Assembly: GCA_047495785.1 (NCBI GenBank)
Contig: JBLDXI010000054.1
Location: forward strand, 2,852,001 to 2,916,000
Direction of reading: 5' to 3'
DNA length: 64,000 bases
Origin: Lepidodermella squamata
Lineage: Eukaryota > Animalia > Gastrotricha
Shown: positions 22,347 through 44,233 of the stretch, in pieces
How positions within the stretch are numbered: the stretch's first letter is position 1
How the letters are laid out: the number at the start of each line of letters is the position of its first letter
The notes under the pieces: generated by a model
What the model was told of the DNA's origin: nothing
Database searches by the model: none
Seen by the model: only the letters and a program-made list of their open reading frames with translations
Made by a program: the position numbers and the translations under genes

Positions 22347-22484
22347 AGCTTTGCGCAGTGGCAGTTCCGTACTCAGTGAGGTGCAAACCGAGAGGCGGAA
22401 ATTGCTAATTGAAAACTACCCCAATTACCCGCTCTGAGGACCCACGGGTCCGCTGTAGCACTTTCTGGAGCCCCACAAGGGGCT
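22347..22484 (+). ncRNA. RNU4: U4 snRNA, copy 5
   Basis: Same sequence as copies 2 and 3. Confidence 0.95.
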
Positions 22485-22958
22485 TATGAATATCAAAAAC
22501 AAGAACTTGTAGTCGAGTCCATTCGTTCGAAGTTTGAGCTTGATGTGCGGTGACCGGCAGCTGGTTTCATCAGTCCAACACACTCAGTCGCTACGGCACG
22601 CTTGAAGCCCCCATTCTTTCTGTTACACTGGTTTCTGTGAAATGTGTTTGATCCCAGTATAGCAGACCTTCATTGCCGAAGAATCTGCAATCTGCGCAAC
22701 TTCCCGGCAGCAAATCTTGAGTTTCCCGTTTTAGTCATATTTGAAGGATACAAATATCACTAAATTCTATAAAATGGTCCAAAGTTTTTCTCTAAATTTT
22801 TGCGATGGTGGCGGATGGCGATACCAATACAAACATGTCCATCATTAATAGGTAACTTTTCTAGTCCGAAAATGTCTGATAAAAGAATAATCGGTGATTT
22901 ATTCATTGGCCTGAAGAATGTTTTGTGAAAAGAAGTTATAAACAAGCATATCAACATA

Positions 22959-24930
22959 TCAGAAAGACAAGTTGTTCATCGCCGCAGCGCTCGGCAGTGC
23001 CTTCTGATTTGTGATTCTCGAATTTTTCAATAAAGTGCTCGACAACAATGGCCGCTCCGCAACACTAAGATCGCCCTTCCGCAAAGGTGTCGCACCAATG
23101 AACTGTGACGGAGCCTCGTAGAACAGCTCACGAGACAGCATAACCTGCTCCATGCCAAGATTCTTCGCTGTTTTCTCAGCCAGCTTATTGAAATCGACAA
23201 AATGAACAATGTCACGTTGAACCGCTCGGCCAGAACTGTCGATCAGGGGATGATCGTCGGCGTCCAGCTTAACCATCTCGTCGAACGGGCCACGACCGAC
23301 GCCGACGATAATGATCGAAATCGGCAGGGAACTTGCATGAACGATAGCTTCAATTGTGGACTTCATATCAGTGATGTATCCATCCGTGAAAATTAGCAAA
23401 ATGAAATAATGCTTGTCGTCATTGTGTTCATGAGCTAGACTGTAGAAAATGGCAAAATAGTTAACAAAAATCGGTATAAGCGCTAAATTACTTGGCCACT
23501 AGGTTTATCATTGGGGATAGTTCGGCAGGTTCTTGCGGTATAATTTTCTTTGTTGCAGCTCGGTACGTCGACAGAACCTCTTCGACCCCAAAACAAGCCG
23601 GATTTTCTTGGTCTCCTGACTGAAAAAACACAAGACTAAATTGCCCAGAATGAGACTTTTCGAGAATTATACCAAAGCGAAATCGTGACGAAGTTCCATA
23701 GAAGGCGGAGCTTGAGCACCGAATCCATAGACAGGTAGGACTAATTCCGTCGAATCGTCGAGGGATTGGGCCGACTCAAGAACTGTTTTTATGGCGTCGT
23801 AATAAGGACCCTTTGTGTTCCTTCCGCTCCCCTCGATCTTGTGCAACCACATAAGGGTATCCGAAGAGCCATTGGACGCCGAAAAATCAATAGCAACAAA
23901 GTAATGCAAAGACGTTCCCCTGAAACAACGAAAAGCACGATCATCAGAAGAGGTCCATAGACCCTCCCAGGAGGATCACAAAGGTCCCCTAAAAAAATTA
24001 CCGGAGAAGAACGAAGTCCAGGAAAAATTCGTGGATTTCTTTTGAGATGCCGACAAGTCGCATCGTCATGCCATTGATCGACATGGGATAGATGTTGTCG
24101 GCACTGTTATCCGAGGCCAGTCTTCGCAGGTTGGTTTCCCGGCTGCAAATCAGCTTATGACTACCATTCGATTTAGCCTTCCATAGCGATAAATGCAAAG
24201 TTTTATCCTCATCGTCGGAGCAAAGCGAGAATCTTGTAATGTTAAACGAGTTCCAAAGTTGGTTCAACGACGTTTTAGCGTCATTTTTCACCGATATCTG
24301 CTCGCTTCGATAGACAAGCTGCTGCCGCCCCTCCATAGATTTTCTCAATTCGAAAAAGTAAGAAGCTGGTTGGAGTAACTTTGGCGGTGGTAAATTGTCG
24401 ATTCCGAAGCGAATGATCAACGAATCCCTCCGATTTTCAAGAACTTCAGCTGCGATAACTAGCAAACCTCGCGGCTTCGAATTGCCCTTCACAAAAATCT
24501 TCTCTTCATGAATTAGGAAAGAATTGAATTCGACAAGAGCGCTGAGGGCTAGTTTCGCCTTCCCGACCAAATTCTCCTTTTTGAAAATCGCTTTCTTGAT
24601 TGGGATAGTTGGCTTCCAGTCATCAACGTCCCAGACACGGAATTTAATCCTTTGCCGCTCGCCTGGGATGTAGCACACGCAGACTTTGGTCGAAAACTCC
24701 GGGTTCAGGTTGTCCCAAATGACCTCGGTACGGCCGATTTCTTTCCAGCGATCGGTTTTACACGTAGCACCCATATTTTCGATGTAAGCAACAATGCAGG
24801 CGTCGGTTTTCGAGAAAGTGTCCATGTTTTTGAGCTCGCGACAACTCAGCGTCATTTCAATGATGCATTTGTCGAGGCAGCTTTTCGGCATGCCGAAAGA
24901 ACTTTTCGATGGCACTGATCGGGTTAACAT
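22959..24930 (-). CDS. CPNE: Copine (C2-C2-vWA), paralog 1, divergent
   Basis: DTFSKTD...GRTEVIWDNLNPEF (C2A); [31 protein letters not shown] (vWA); four exons. Confidence 0.92.
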
Positions 24931-25776
24931 CTTAAGCGTAGAAACAAAAGCTATAGAGCAGGTTCTATCGACATACGAGTTTTCAATTCTTGTTGTAATT
25001 TTAGATTTGGTGTCATTTGGCTTGCAATCTCATATCTTTTGCTGACCATCTGGCTCAAGCTTTACAGCATGGATCTCTCATCGAACTGAAACAAAGGCCC
25101 AAACATGTCGTAACATAACCGTACATACATGTCATAACGATGAGGGCTACTTTGGACGACACCATTATTTTCGGAGGTTGTAAATCGGATGTTGCTGGAA
25201 AAAAATCTGATTTTTCTGCAAATTTTAGGAATTTTCCAATTTTTATTAAATTTTTGGCAATTTGGAATTTTTCTGCAAATTTGGACAATTAGCAGTTAAT
25301 TTATTGACACTCATTTGCATATTCAGCGGCCTCATAAGTCTCTAAAGATTCGTCCATGATAAATAGGTCAAATTTATAATGAAAAAAAATTGAATAGAAA
25401 GGAAAATTGGAAATTTTCGAAATAATTTTCGAAAAACTCAATTTGAAAAGCCTTGAAATAAAACAATAACCTAAATAAAAAATACGTTCAATATTACGAA
25501 ATGCGTCTCGTGCTATTGTCTTACTCTCCTGTCAGCCTAGCTTTACGCCGAAAAATTAGGGTAAAATATTGGAAGAAAATCAGAGAAATCAGGCATTTCC
25601 ATTCCATAATCTTTCCAATTTTAAGCGAATTCTTAGGCTAATGAGTAATAAAAATAAAATATTTTTTTGAGACTTGAAAGATGAAATGAATTGAAACAAA
25701 AAGCACAGGTTGTATTTATTAGCTCAAAATATCAACTGAATTTAAATAGTCAATAGAGGCATTCATATAATTCAAA

Positions 25777-27933
25777 TCAAAACGAGATACTGCCGTACGC
25801 TGAACTTTCAGGGCTAGATAACTGCCCTGCCATTATATTCGTCCGATCGCAGCTTCTCAGAAGGGTACTAGACCTTAAAGGCCGGCCTAGGACAACATCA
25901 CTCTCCCGAATCGGCGACGCGCCAATAAATTGCCCGGGAGCTTCGAAGAAAAGTTCGCGCGACAGCAAAATCTGCGCCATGCCCAAATTGTGCGCCGTTT
26001 TCTCCGTCAGCTCGCTGTAGTTGACAAATTGCACGATATCACGCCGCATTCGCTCGCCTTTACTATCGACCAATGAATGTTTATCCGCATCCAGCTTAAC
26101 CATCGCGTCAAACGGACCGGGCCCAACGCCGACGATTATGATCGAAAACGGAAGGGAACTCGCGCCAACAATTGCATCTATCGTGTCTCTCAAATCGGTG
26201 ATATAACCGTCGGTGAACATCAATAAGATGAAATAATGTTCATCGTTATTGTTATCCTCAGCGAGGCTAAAAGAATGAAAAAAAGAAGAGAAATTTGTGA
26301 AAAAAAAATCTATTTTTTTATAAATTTACTTTGCAACGTAGCGAATCATCGGAGCGAAATTCGCTGGGTCTTGAGGTTTGATTTTCTTCAAAGCAGCCCG
26401 ATATAGCGCCAGAACTTCTTCAACCCCGAAACAGGTAGGATTTTCCTGATCTCCGGTCTGAAAAAACAGCTGGGAATTAAACCAATTTTTTACTTGAATT
26501 TTCTTACCAAGGCGAAATCATGGCGAAGTTCCATAGAAGGTGGAGCTTGGGCCCCGAAGCCGTAAACAGGTAGAACCAATTCGAGGGAACCTTCAAGTGC
26601 TTGGGTTGCTTCGAGAACAGTTTTGATTGCGTCATAATAAGGACCGGTCACGGATTTTCCAGTTCCTTCCACGTTATGTAGAGACATTAGGGTGTCCGTG
26701 GTGCCGTTTGAAGATGAAAAATCGATGGCCACAAAATAATGCAGGAATGTTCCTCTGAATTTGAAAATGGAATAGAAATCGAAATTTTTAGGTTTTAAAT
26801 TTTCTCGTTTTCAAATGATGAAAATTATTAAATTAAAAAAAATTGAAATTTTTTAAATTTTGAATTTTTAAATTTTAAATTTTCAAATTTATGAATTTTC
26901 AAAATTTCGAACATTTTTAATCATTTTTTTAATTTTTAACATTTCGAACATTTTCAACATTTTTTTTAATTATCCGAGCCATGAATGCTTTTAATATTCA
27001 ATAATACCTGAGGAGAACGAGGTCCAGGAAAGTTTCGTGAATTTCCTTCGAAATTTGTGTCATTTTCACCGTCAAGCCATTGATTGACATCGGGTAGATA
27101 TGATCACCTTTATCAATAGATAGAAAGCGCCGTAACGTTGTCTCCCGGCTGCATATCAGCTTGTGCTTGCCATTGCCCTTCGATTTCCACAGGGAGAGGT
27201 ACAAAATTCTGTCCTGATCATCGGAACAAAGGGAATATCTCGTGATATTAAACGATTTCCACAGTTGGGTTAACGATTTTTGACAATCGTTTTGTCTCAG
27301 TGCTAATAACGGCTCGCTTCGATAGACCAACAACTGGCGGCCTTCGATTGTTTTCCGAAGTTCGAAGAAGTAGTAAGATGGGAGTAGCATTTTAGGCGGT
27401 GGCAAATCATCGATTCCGAACTGAATTGTCACTGAATCTTTTCGGTTTTGAAGAACTTCAGCCGCGATAGATAGCAAACCTCTAGGCTTCGAATTACCCT
27501 TCACGAAAATCTTCTCCTCGTGAATCAGGAAAGAATTGAATTCGACTAAAGCACTTAGGGCTAGGGTCACTTTCCCGACCAGATTTTCCTTTTTGAAAAT
27601 CGGCTTTTTCGATATTGTTGGCTTCCAATCATCGACGTCCCATACGCAGAATTTGATTCGTTGCCGCTCGCCGGGGAAATAACACACGCAGATTTTCTTG
27701 GAAAAGTCCGGATTCAAGTTGTCGAAGATAACTTCAGTCCGGCCGAGTTCTTTCCATCGATCCCGCTTGCTTGCACCGAGTTGTTCGAGGTAGGCTACAA
27801 CGCAGGCGTCGGTTTTCGAGAAAGTGTCCATATTTTTGAGCTCGCGACAAGAGATTGTCATCTCGAAAATGCACTTGTCCAAGCAGCTTTTCGGCAGATT
27901 GAACGAGCTAGTTGTAATTGAGGATCTACTCAT
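25777..27933 (-). CDS. CPNE: Copine, paralog 2 (sister of paralog 1)
   Basis: Same motifs and same three introns as paralog 1; ATG 27933. Confidence 0.92.
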
Positions 27934-28555
27934 CGTCCTGATCTTCCTTCCGAATTGCGAAAACAATAAAATCTAACGAAAAACCAGGCAGAATTCGGAA
28001 TTAATTAGGGCATTGAACTTTCACAGTTGGTTGCAAATATTTATGCAATTGGGATGATAAATCTCGCCGCTTGTCTATTCAGCTTCGATCCAGGTGTGTA
28101 AGTCGTAAAAACTCAGAATGAAGGCATAAAAATGAAAAAAAAATGCCGGAAAGCTTGAGCAGGCACCGTAGCGAAATTTTTGAATAATTTTGTCAGCCAA
28201 TCGATGCCAAAAAGTTAGACTGTCACGCGATTCTCAGCTGCTTTTCTTAGGCACGTGTCATCATTTTTTTAATCTATATAGGATCTTCTTGGTTTTACGA
28301 TCATGCTCTTGATATTCGATATTGGAATGTAGAAAAATACGTTGTAATTGAAAATTATTCTTTATTTTCTGAAAATTTCCAATAAATTATTAATAATACA
28401 AAGACGACGAGTTTCAGAAGTATAAGATCGTGAAAAATTATTAGCAATTAATGACATATTTTTCCAGTTCAAAAACTGTACCCAACAATCAATCGCACCG
28501 GTATTTACAAGACACTCGATATAAAGCATATTTTGTTCAAAGCGAAAAACTTGAC

Positions 28556-30985
28556 TTAGTACGAACGGTTAACCATGGAGCAGTTTGGCCCGTTGGCATG
28601 AGCAGCATTCAGGAAATCGCTCGCCATTACAGGCTGACCGGAAGATTCAAGCCTCGACATATAAGACAACAGCTGGTCTGGAATTTCTCGCAATACCTCC
28701 CTGGGAAAATTAAATTAAATTCTGTAAAAATTTCTTAATTAATCTCGTAATTAATTAATCACCTTGCTAAGTCTGCCTGCACTTCATTAGCTGTACGTTC
28801 TTGATCCCGGCCAACCAAGTCGCTGAAAGGGACAAATTGAACAATGTCCCGCTCCATGACCCTGTTGTCGCTATTAACCAGCACGAAATCATCCGCATCT
28901 AACGCCCGCATCGATGAGAAATTCGCATTTCCCACGCCAATAATTATGACGGACAGCGGAAGCGGGCTCGCGTCGACTAGGGCGTTCACTGTTTCAGACA
29001 TATCGCTGATGACGCCGTCGGTTAAAATCAACAGCACGTAGTAATCATGCCCAGCTTCGGCGATATTTCGCTTGTCAGTTCTGGCCATGGATGACACGTG
29101 GCGGATGATTGATTCGAAGTTCGATGGCTCAGACATATTGACGGTTCGAACGGAACGTTCGTAGGCCATCATAACACCCTCGATTCCAAAACAATTCGGA
29201 TCGTTCGGATTTCCATTCTACATTGAAAATGACAGAATTTAGATCATTAAATTCCATTTAGGTATGACTTCTTTTTCCTATTCGTAGATTTGCGTTTTTT
29301 TGCTCAAAAATTCAGAAATTTTAAACAAAGTTAGGCAAGGTGATTCCTGGTTTTCTGCGATTTATTTAGAATTTTTCATAATTTTCCCCAATTTCCTTGG
29401 TAAAGTAGAAAATATTCTGCCAACCTTCGATTATTACCGGAATTTTGTGCTAATTAGCATATGCAGAAGCCTTGTGCGTATGCAAATTCGCACCTCAAAT
29501 GTTGGTCAAACTTAGATGAAAATTAAGATTGCTCAGCTGTCAATAATTTATTTTTTATTATATTTATTTTTCTATAATGTAAAATTTTATGGGTTTGAGC
29601 TGAAAATTGGGACATTTCACGTACCAGATTGAAGCGATTAGATGCTTCGTGGGTTTCCAAGTTCATGGCGCCGAAACCGAAAGCTGGAAACAATTTTTCC
29701 GAATCATAATCCTGCAGAATTTCCAATACAGCCCTCAACGCTGTTTGGTACTGATTCGAAAACCCGTCTCGAATGTGATGTAACGAATTCGGCGAATCTG
29801 GTCGGCCATTCGAAGCCGTAAAATCAACTGCGACAACGCAATGAAGTTGAACGGAGCTAAAAATAAAATTCAAAAAAATCAGAAATTAAGGTGGATTTGG
29901 TCAATTACTTTGCGTGGATGTAGTCAAGGAAGCTGAAACTTGTCGATTTTTCTAGATGCGTCAAACGAACGGTGCACCGCTTCTCCATTTTGTAGATATT
30001 GCGGAAACTCAGCGATCCTTCCATCAAAGTTCTAGCCGTTGTGTTGAAAAAACTGATAAGCTTAACAGGGACGCCATTGCGGCGCCGTCGCCATAGCGAA
30101 AATCGAAGCGGCTCATCGAGGCTGTTATTGCACAGCGTGACCATATTAACGCTGAACGCCTGCCAGGCCACACTTTTCCGGGCAGTTACATCCGGACTTC
30201 GGTGAACTAGAACAACCTCGCCGTTCGATTTCACGCGGTGTAATTCGTAGAAAAACGCGTGTTTCTTGAACACCTTCAACGGCAAATGTTCGGCAGTGAA
30301 CTGAAGCATGACCGTCTCCTTAAAACCGGAAACTTCCTCGGCCAAAACTTGCAACATTGGCGCATTATTCGCGTAGCGATTCGAGGCATCCGGCTTTAAA
30401 AGTCGACGCTCGAACGACCCGAAAAGGCTTGAATAAACAATTTCACCCAACGATGCCTGAAATTCGCCGATGAGCTTGGTCGTATGGCTTTCGTATAGCT
30501 CAAATTTCATCATTTGCCGCTCTTGAAATTCGTATTTCAACGAAATTTTCTTCGAGAAGAAAACCTTGCCATTGATGGCTGAGGCGGTTGGCGCGATTTC
30601 TGTCAGGCCAACCTCGACCCAGTGATCAGAACCGGGCGGTTCGAAGTACAACGCGACGTAGCAGGATTCGATGTTTAAATTCGATTCTGGATTAGCCAGA
30701 CCTCGAACTGAGAGCGACAGTTCGACAACGATTGAAGCACCCTGGACAGTAGGGAAATTTACGACATTTTGCTTTTTAATGCCATTAGCCTTCGCGGAGA
30801 TTGCTTCGCTGATCGATAGGGTGTTTGATCTCCTAGGACGAATTCCTAAGTCCTCTTCAAAATGCCTGTTAGGCTGCAAGGTGCAACGCCTTGGACTTCC
30901 AGCATCATCTAAAAGTCGCCAAATAACCAAAGAAATTGGGTGAAAGGTTCAACTTACAAGGTGCCTCGAGCCTCGAGATCGGCAT
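28556..30985 (-). CDS. CPNE: Copine, paralog 3, with N-terminal extension and degenerate C2A
   Basis: Short first exon MPISRLEAP; VELSLS...WVEVGLTE; [24 protein letters not shown]; last exon EVLREIPDQL...RSY*. Confidence 0.88.
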
Positions 30986-31752
30986 GATAACTTATGAATA
31001 AGTAGATTGCGACTAGCAATTTTTTTATGTGACTGTGAGGTGATTCGGATTTGCGTAGAAGGTGACTGAAAAAATCTATTCCTACGCTCGATTTTTTTGC
31101 CGAAAATAGCTGCTTCGTAATAGCAAATGGCCAGTAGCATCTGTTGCCTGCGAGGGATGAGTGCGGTTTCCTCATATTATTTGAACATTCTGCTAACACG
31201 CAAATGACGAAGCACGCGCCCCCGGCCTCATGTTGTGTGTATACGCGAGGCGCCGGATTATGGCGCCTCACGATTATTATTATAACGAGAACTTGCTGCG
31301 CGCGCAATCGCTTCGAATTATTGAGATTTAATTCTCGTAATTCGTAATTAATTAACTGAAATCCGGATTAAAAAAAATAAAACGGGAAACCTTGTGACAA
31401 AAAACACAGTTCACAATCTCGAAATTTATTTCATTTTTCCACGATTTGTCTTTCATTATTATTATTATTATTATTCACTCGCGTCAGAGAGATGATGAGG
31501 GCAGTTAGACTCATGTAATGAGGGCTGCTAAGTAACGAAATAATTATTCACCTGCGAGACACTTTTTTGATGGAAAAACACAAGCGATAAACCGGGTTTA
31601 ATTTGCCGCTCGCTATAATACATAATTTTCACACGCTCTTATATATGTTTTATACTATATCATTTATTGTTTTTCCTGCGAGAATTTTTGAGGAGAAAAA
31701 AGCCGAGGTTTCGTGGTTGTATTTCGTCAGCCGATAATAATTTGTTTATAGC

Positions 31753-37729
<5,977 letters not shown>

Positions 37730-37960
37730 GGTTACTCAATAAAACAAAACAATAAGAACCAAACAACCTATAGGCGAGAAATACGTAACATCAACAGGTG
37801 AAAAATGAACTTAAAATCGCTATAGTCAACGTATCAATCGTTACATTTCTTTATATGATCGCGACATAAAATTCATAAATTAACACTCAATTTGAAAGCG
37901 ATGGTAATCACAAGTTTAAAACTTCAGCAAATTGCACCAATTTTTCCATAGAAAATTCAA

Positions 37961-40469
37961 TCATTTGGTCATGTGACTGAACATACGACGCGCGTTGATC
38001 ATATCGGTTGAGCAGACGTAGTAATCAGCAGCTGAGTCTTCTGAATTCGTAAGAAGACGGAATGCAGCCACTTCAGTGTACGTCACACCGCCAACGTAAC
38101 AAACCAGCACAGTTTGCCTCGCCCCGCCCTCGCCGCCGCGGCCGAGCGAGGCGATCGATGACGTTGAACTCGATCGTTGAAGGCCGCTAGGACCAGCGCC
38201 AGACCTCGCGCCAAACGTTAGGGTTCGCTCTTCATGTGGCACGCCGGGCAGGAGGGATGAAACGTTGGAGAGTTGTGACTTCTGAACGCCTCCGGTCAGC
38301 ATTTGCACGATTCGAACGGATAACGGGGCGTAGCCATTACACACGCAGCAGATATCGCGCGGATCGGTTGGATTCTCCGGAACCGGGTCATCACTCCACA
38401 GTTTGAGCATTTTTCGCAAGCTCCTACGACATGAAAAAAATATTCGATTCAAACTCAATGAATTAATTCGGGATTTTTTATCATTGAAATATCATCAACA
38501 TAATATGTTCAAGTAAGAAGGGGAATTGGCGTAGAATGAAACTGAAAATACGCGAAATTTGCTTATAATTTGAAATCGAACGGTTCTACCGGTTCCAGCC
38601 ATTTTTGAATTTTTGAAATTAAAATTTATTGAAATTTAACTTACCGGGAGAATCTTCCATCCTTTACCCGCGAATTTACCGAAGAAATTAAAAATTACTG
38701 GAGGGAATCGGGAAACATCGAAGGTAACGGGCTCGGTAATTTTCGGGATTTTACCGGGTCGGTCCGAATTTCTCCGGATTTTTAATCCCATTGACAAGTG
38801 ACATGCTAATTTAGTATTCCACGGCATTGAAATTTTTACAGTATTTTTTGGCTTGGAAATCCCATTTTCAAGCCTCCATATTTTCACCGACTTATTTAAA
38901 ACCCGGAAAACCCGATGGTTCGGTTATTTTCGGTGTTACCCTATTGGAACGAATTTCTCCGGATTTTTTATTTCCGTTCACAAAGTCCATAGCTAATTAC
39001 CATTACGGTGGCTTTTGAAATTTCCATATAGCTATAAGCACTCATTTGAGACCCCGCGATCCCTCTCCCTAGTATTTCCTTTGAGTAAGAGCTAATGGTA
39101 CTGTTACTTACTTGAAGTCGATGAGCTGTTTATCCGTCAGTAGGCCAAGTTGATCCAAATGTAGCAACGCCAACGCACCACTCGGTCCATAGCAATCGAC
39201 GATATCCTTCCTCAACTGACCGAGAATTTTCGGCTTCAAGCCACCAGCGCAAATGCTGACAAGGCAAAGCATTCGCAGAACGTAGTCCAGCGGCTTCACC
39301 TTCGCAATCGAATCTTCAATCAAAGTCAGGCCAATTTTCGATGGATCGTCCGCACACAGCACCTCGTCGACAAATCGCCTCAAATAGTCACTATCGTCCT
39401 TAGCTAGCTCGGCGTTGATATACTCAACGATACCAACGTGAGCGCTCACGTCCTCCTTCTGCTTCATCACCGGTCGCATTTCATTTGCAACAAATTGACG
39501 CAGCGATTCCGTTGAGTCAGTGTTTCGAATTCGTTGCATCAACGCATCTATAGCACGCAATTTTTTCGTCACAATAATCGGCACCTGGCGAATGTCTACA
39601 ATTTGCAATTCAGCGTACAACTCTTGACTAGCGGCTAGGCGAATTCGGGCCTTATCATCGCCATCCGGCGGCAATTTAACCATGCCGCAGTGAATGCCGA
39701 AGAAATCATCCAGTAAAGCTTCGTATGTAATCGGAACGACAAGTGGGGTCAAAAAATCGATGGATCGATCGATTAGGACTAGCACGTCGAAGTGAAGGCG
39801 TTCGATTTTCTCCGGCCGCGGGCTCTCCTCGCATTTCAACGCGAGCATTTTCGAAATTTCACGCGATAGCTCACCCTTAGCAATCACCTTGGAGAACGCG
39901 CCGTGTTTCGACTGGATAAAATCAAGGCCTGATACAATGTTGTGCAGTAAATTGAACCGTTTTCGAAGGTATAAATCGCGAAAAGCTGCTTCTTCCTCCA
40001 TCGACAGCAGATCAGGCCGAATTGTGAAGAAAGGACACGGCAAGCTGTTGTTGTAATCCACCTTAATGCCTTTCAACGCCTTCAATTCGTCAAGTGGTTT
40101 CGCGCAGTTTTGCCGCGAATATGGCATAAAGTAGACGTAGCAATTTTTCGACTGCAAAACCCGCGAGTTGTTCAAAATCGCATCGCGAACAATTTCACAC
40201 GCTGAGGTTTCGGGTTTTACGACGAAAATGTACGATTTTGCGCTCGGCATCTCGTCCAGTGTCATCGAAGCCGAGAGCCACACCTGTTTTTCAACGCCGC
40301 GTTCTCGCATTTCAGAATCTTCAATGCCGACGAAGCCTTTCATGAGATGTGCCATCGTGTTGTTTTGAAAAATTAAAACCTTTCCAGACGGACATGACGC
40401 GAGGAATGAATACACCGCAGATCGCAAATATTTGCATAGCGGAGTGAAACTTAACTCGTCCGTCGACAT
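37961..40469 (-). CDS. VPS33: Vacuolar protein sorting 33 (Sec1/Munc18 family)
   Basis: DLLSME, LVLIDRSIDFLTPL...TYEALLDDFFGI, GGLKPK, GYAPLSVRIVQ, YVGGVTYTEVAAFR; one intron 38424-39111. Confidence 0.93.
38690..38990 (+). repeat. Two units (about 185-bp period) of an interspersed repeat in the VPS33 intron
   Basis: cggtNattttcgg...ttacc...cgaatttctccggattttt occurs twice; related to 2770-2880. Confidence 0.6.
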
Positions 40470-41200
40470 TTTTCAAAAAAAAAACTAAAAAAAAAATTGA
40501 GAAAAAAATACAATAATTTTTTGAGCGGTTCAGCGACTTGTATTATCGTTATAATAATAATTACTATCTGTCATCATAATTTTGGTTTTAGAGAATTCGC
40601 ACAACAGCAAAAAATGCACAAACACCGCAAACTTGCACTGAAAAAATATTAAGCGGCTACATTTTGAAGGTTAATACAATATTTCATTTTTCATCTGCAT
40701 ATGTTAAAATCGTGAAATTCAAAGATCGCAATAAAAACCAGAACAAAAGAAAAATATAGATAAAAAGCTCAGGAGAAATATTTTTACTTTGACATTTTGA
40801 TAGTAGTAAATTTTTTTAGAAACCTCATGAAAAAAGCAATACTACGCAAGGTGAATAAATCGAGCAAACACCATCGTCATGGTAGAAGAGAGTAAAACCT
40901 GTTAATACAACATATCTGACTTCAAGTAAAATCACAGAGAAGTACGACATACAAGAGAAGCATGTTGTATCAAGCGGAAAAGACTAGACCGAAAAATACA
41001 CGTAAAGCGAGTGATCCAAAGTCAGATTCTGTTCATTCAAAGCAGACCATATAAAAAGTATGAGGAAGTAAAAGCCTCGGATCCCTATATCAATATACGA
41101 AGAAACAGGGCTGCATTCCAGGTGAGATGAAAATCCTACCACGCAATATTAATAAGGCAAGTGAAAATTGATTAGATCAAATTTCAATTATTAGTATATT

Positions 41201-43645
<2,445 letters not shown>

Positions 43646-44233
43646 TATGCTTGGATGCGAAAAACAAACCGGGCGATGTATTGTTTTACATATTTCCTGA
43701 CCAGCAAAATGCGAAATGTAAATTCCCTATAGATAAAATGAGACAACGTTTTTAGCGTACAGAAAATATGAAAAGAACAGCCTTTTTATGTACATTGCTT
43801 AGTATAACATAGAACATCTATAAGGCATTAAATTCAATTATAATCCACGCAAAATTCGCCATTATTATTATTACTGTTATTATTATCATCAGAACAAAAT
43901 GAGCACACTCGCATTTATGAAAGGGCATCGTAAAAAATGAAAAGACGCAAAAATCGATAAAAAAAATATGATTACAAATATATTTACTTCTTGTTGCAAA
44001 GCATAAAAAATGAATGAGCAAACCGGTACCAGAACGCAATAATTTCACTCGAAATAACTTTTTGAACCAGATAACCAAGGTCATCAAACACAACGCGCAT
44101 CATAAAGGCCAAATTTGGCAGGAAATTACAATTTTTTATGCAAAATTTTTGAAGCAGGGCAAGGAATGTTTAAAAAACTAGCATCTTGTATCACAAAAAT
44201 TGATGTCATTTTTATGGGAGGTAAAAAGCGAGA

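Noticed and set aside
29886-29898. Reading the intronic motif (CCTTAA strand) as a U12 branch point
   Set aside because: Host introns lack the RTATCCT 5' site and most copies are in the opposite orientation.
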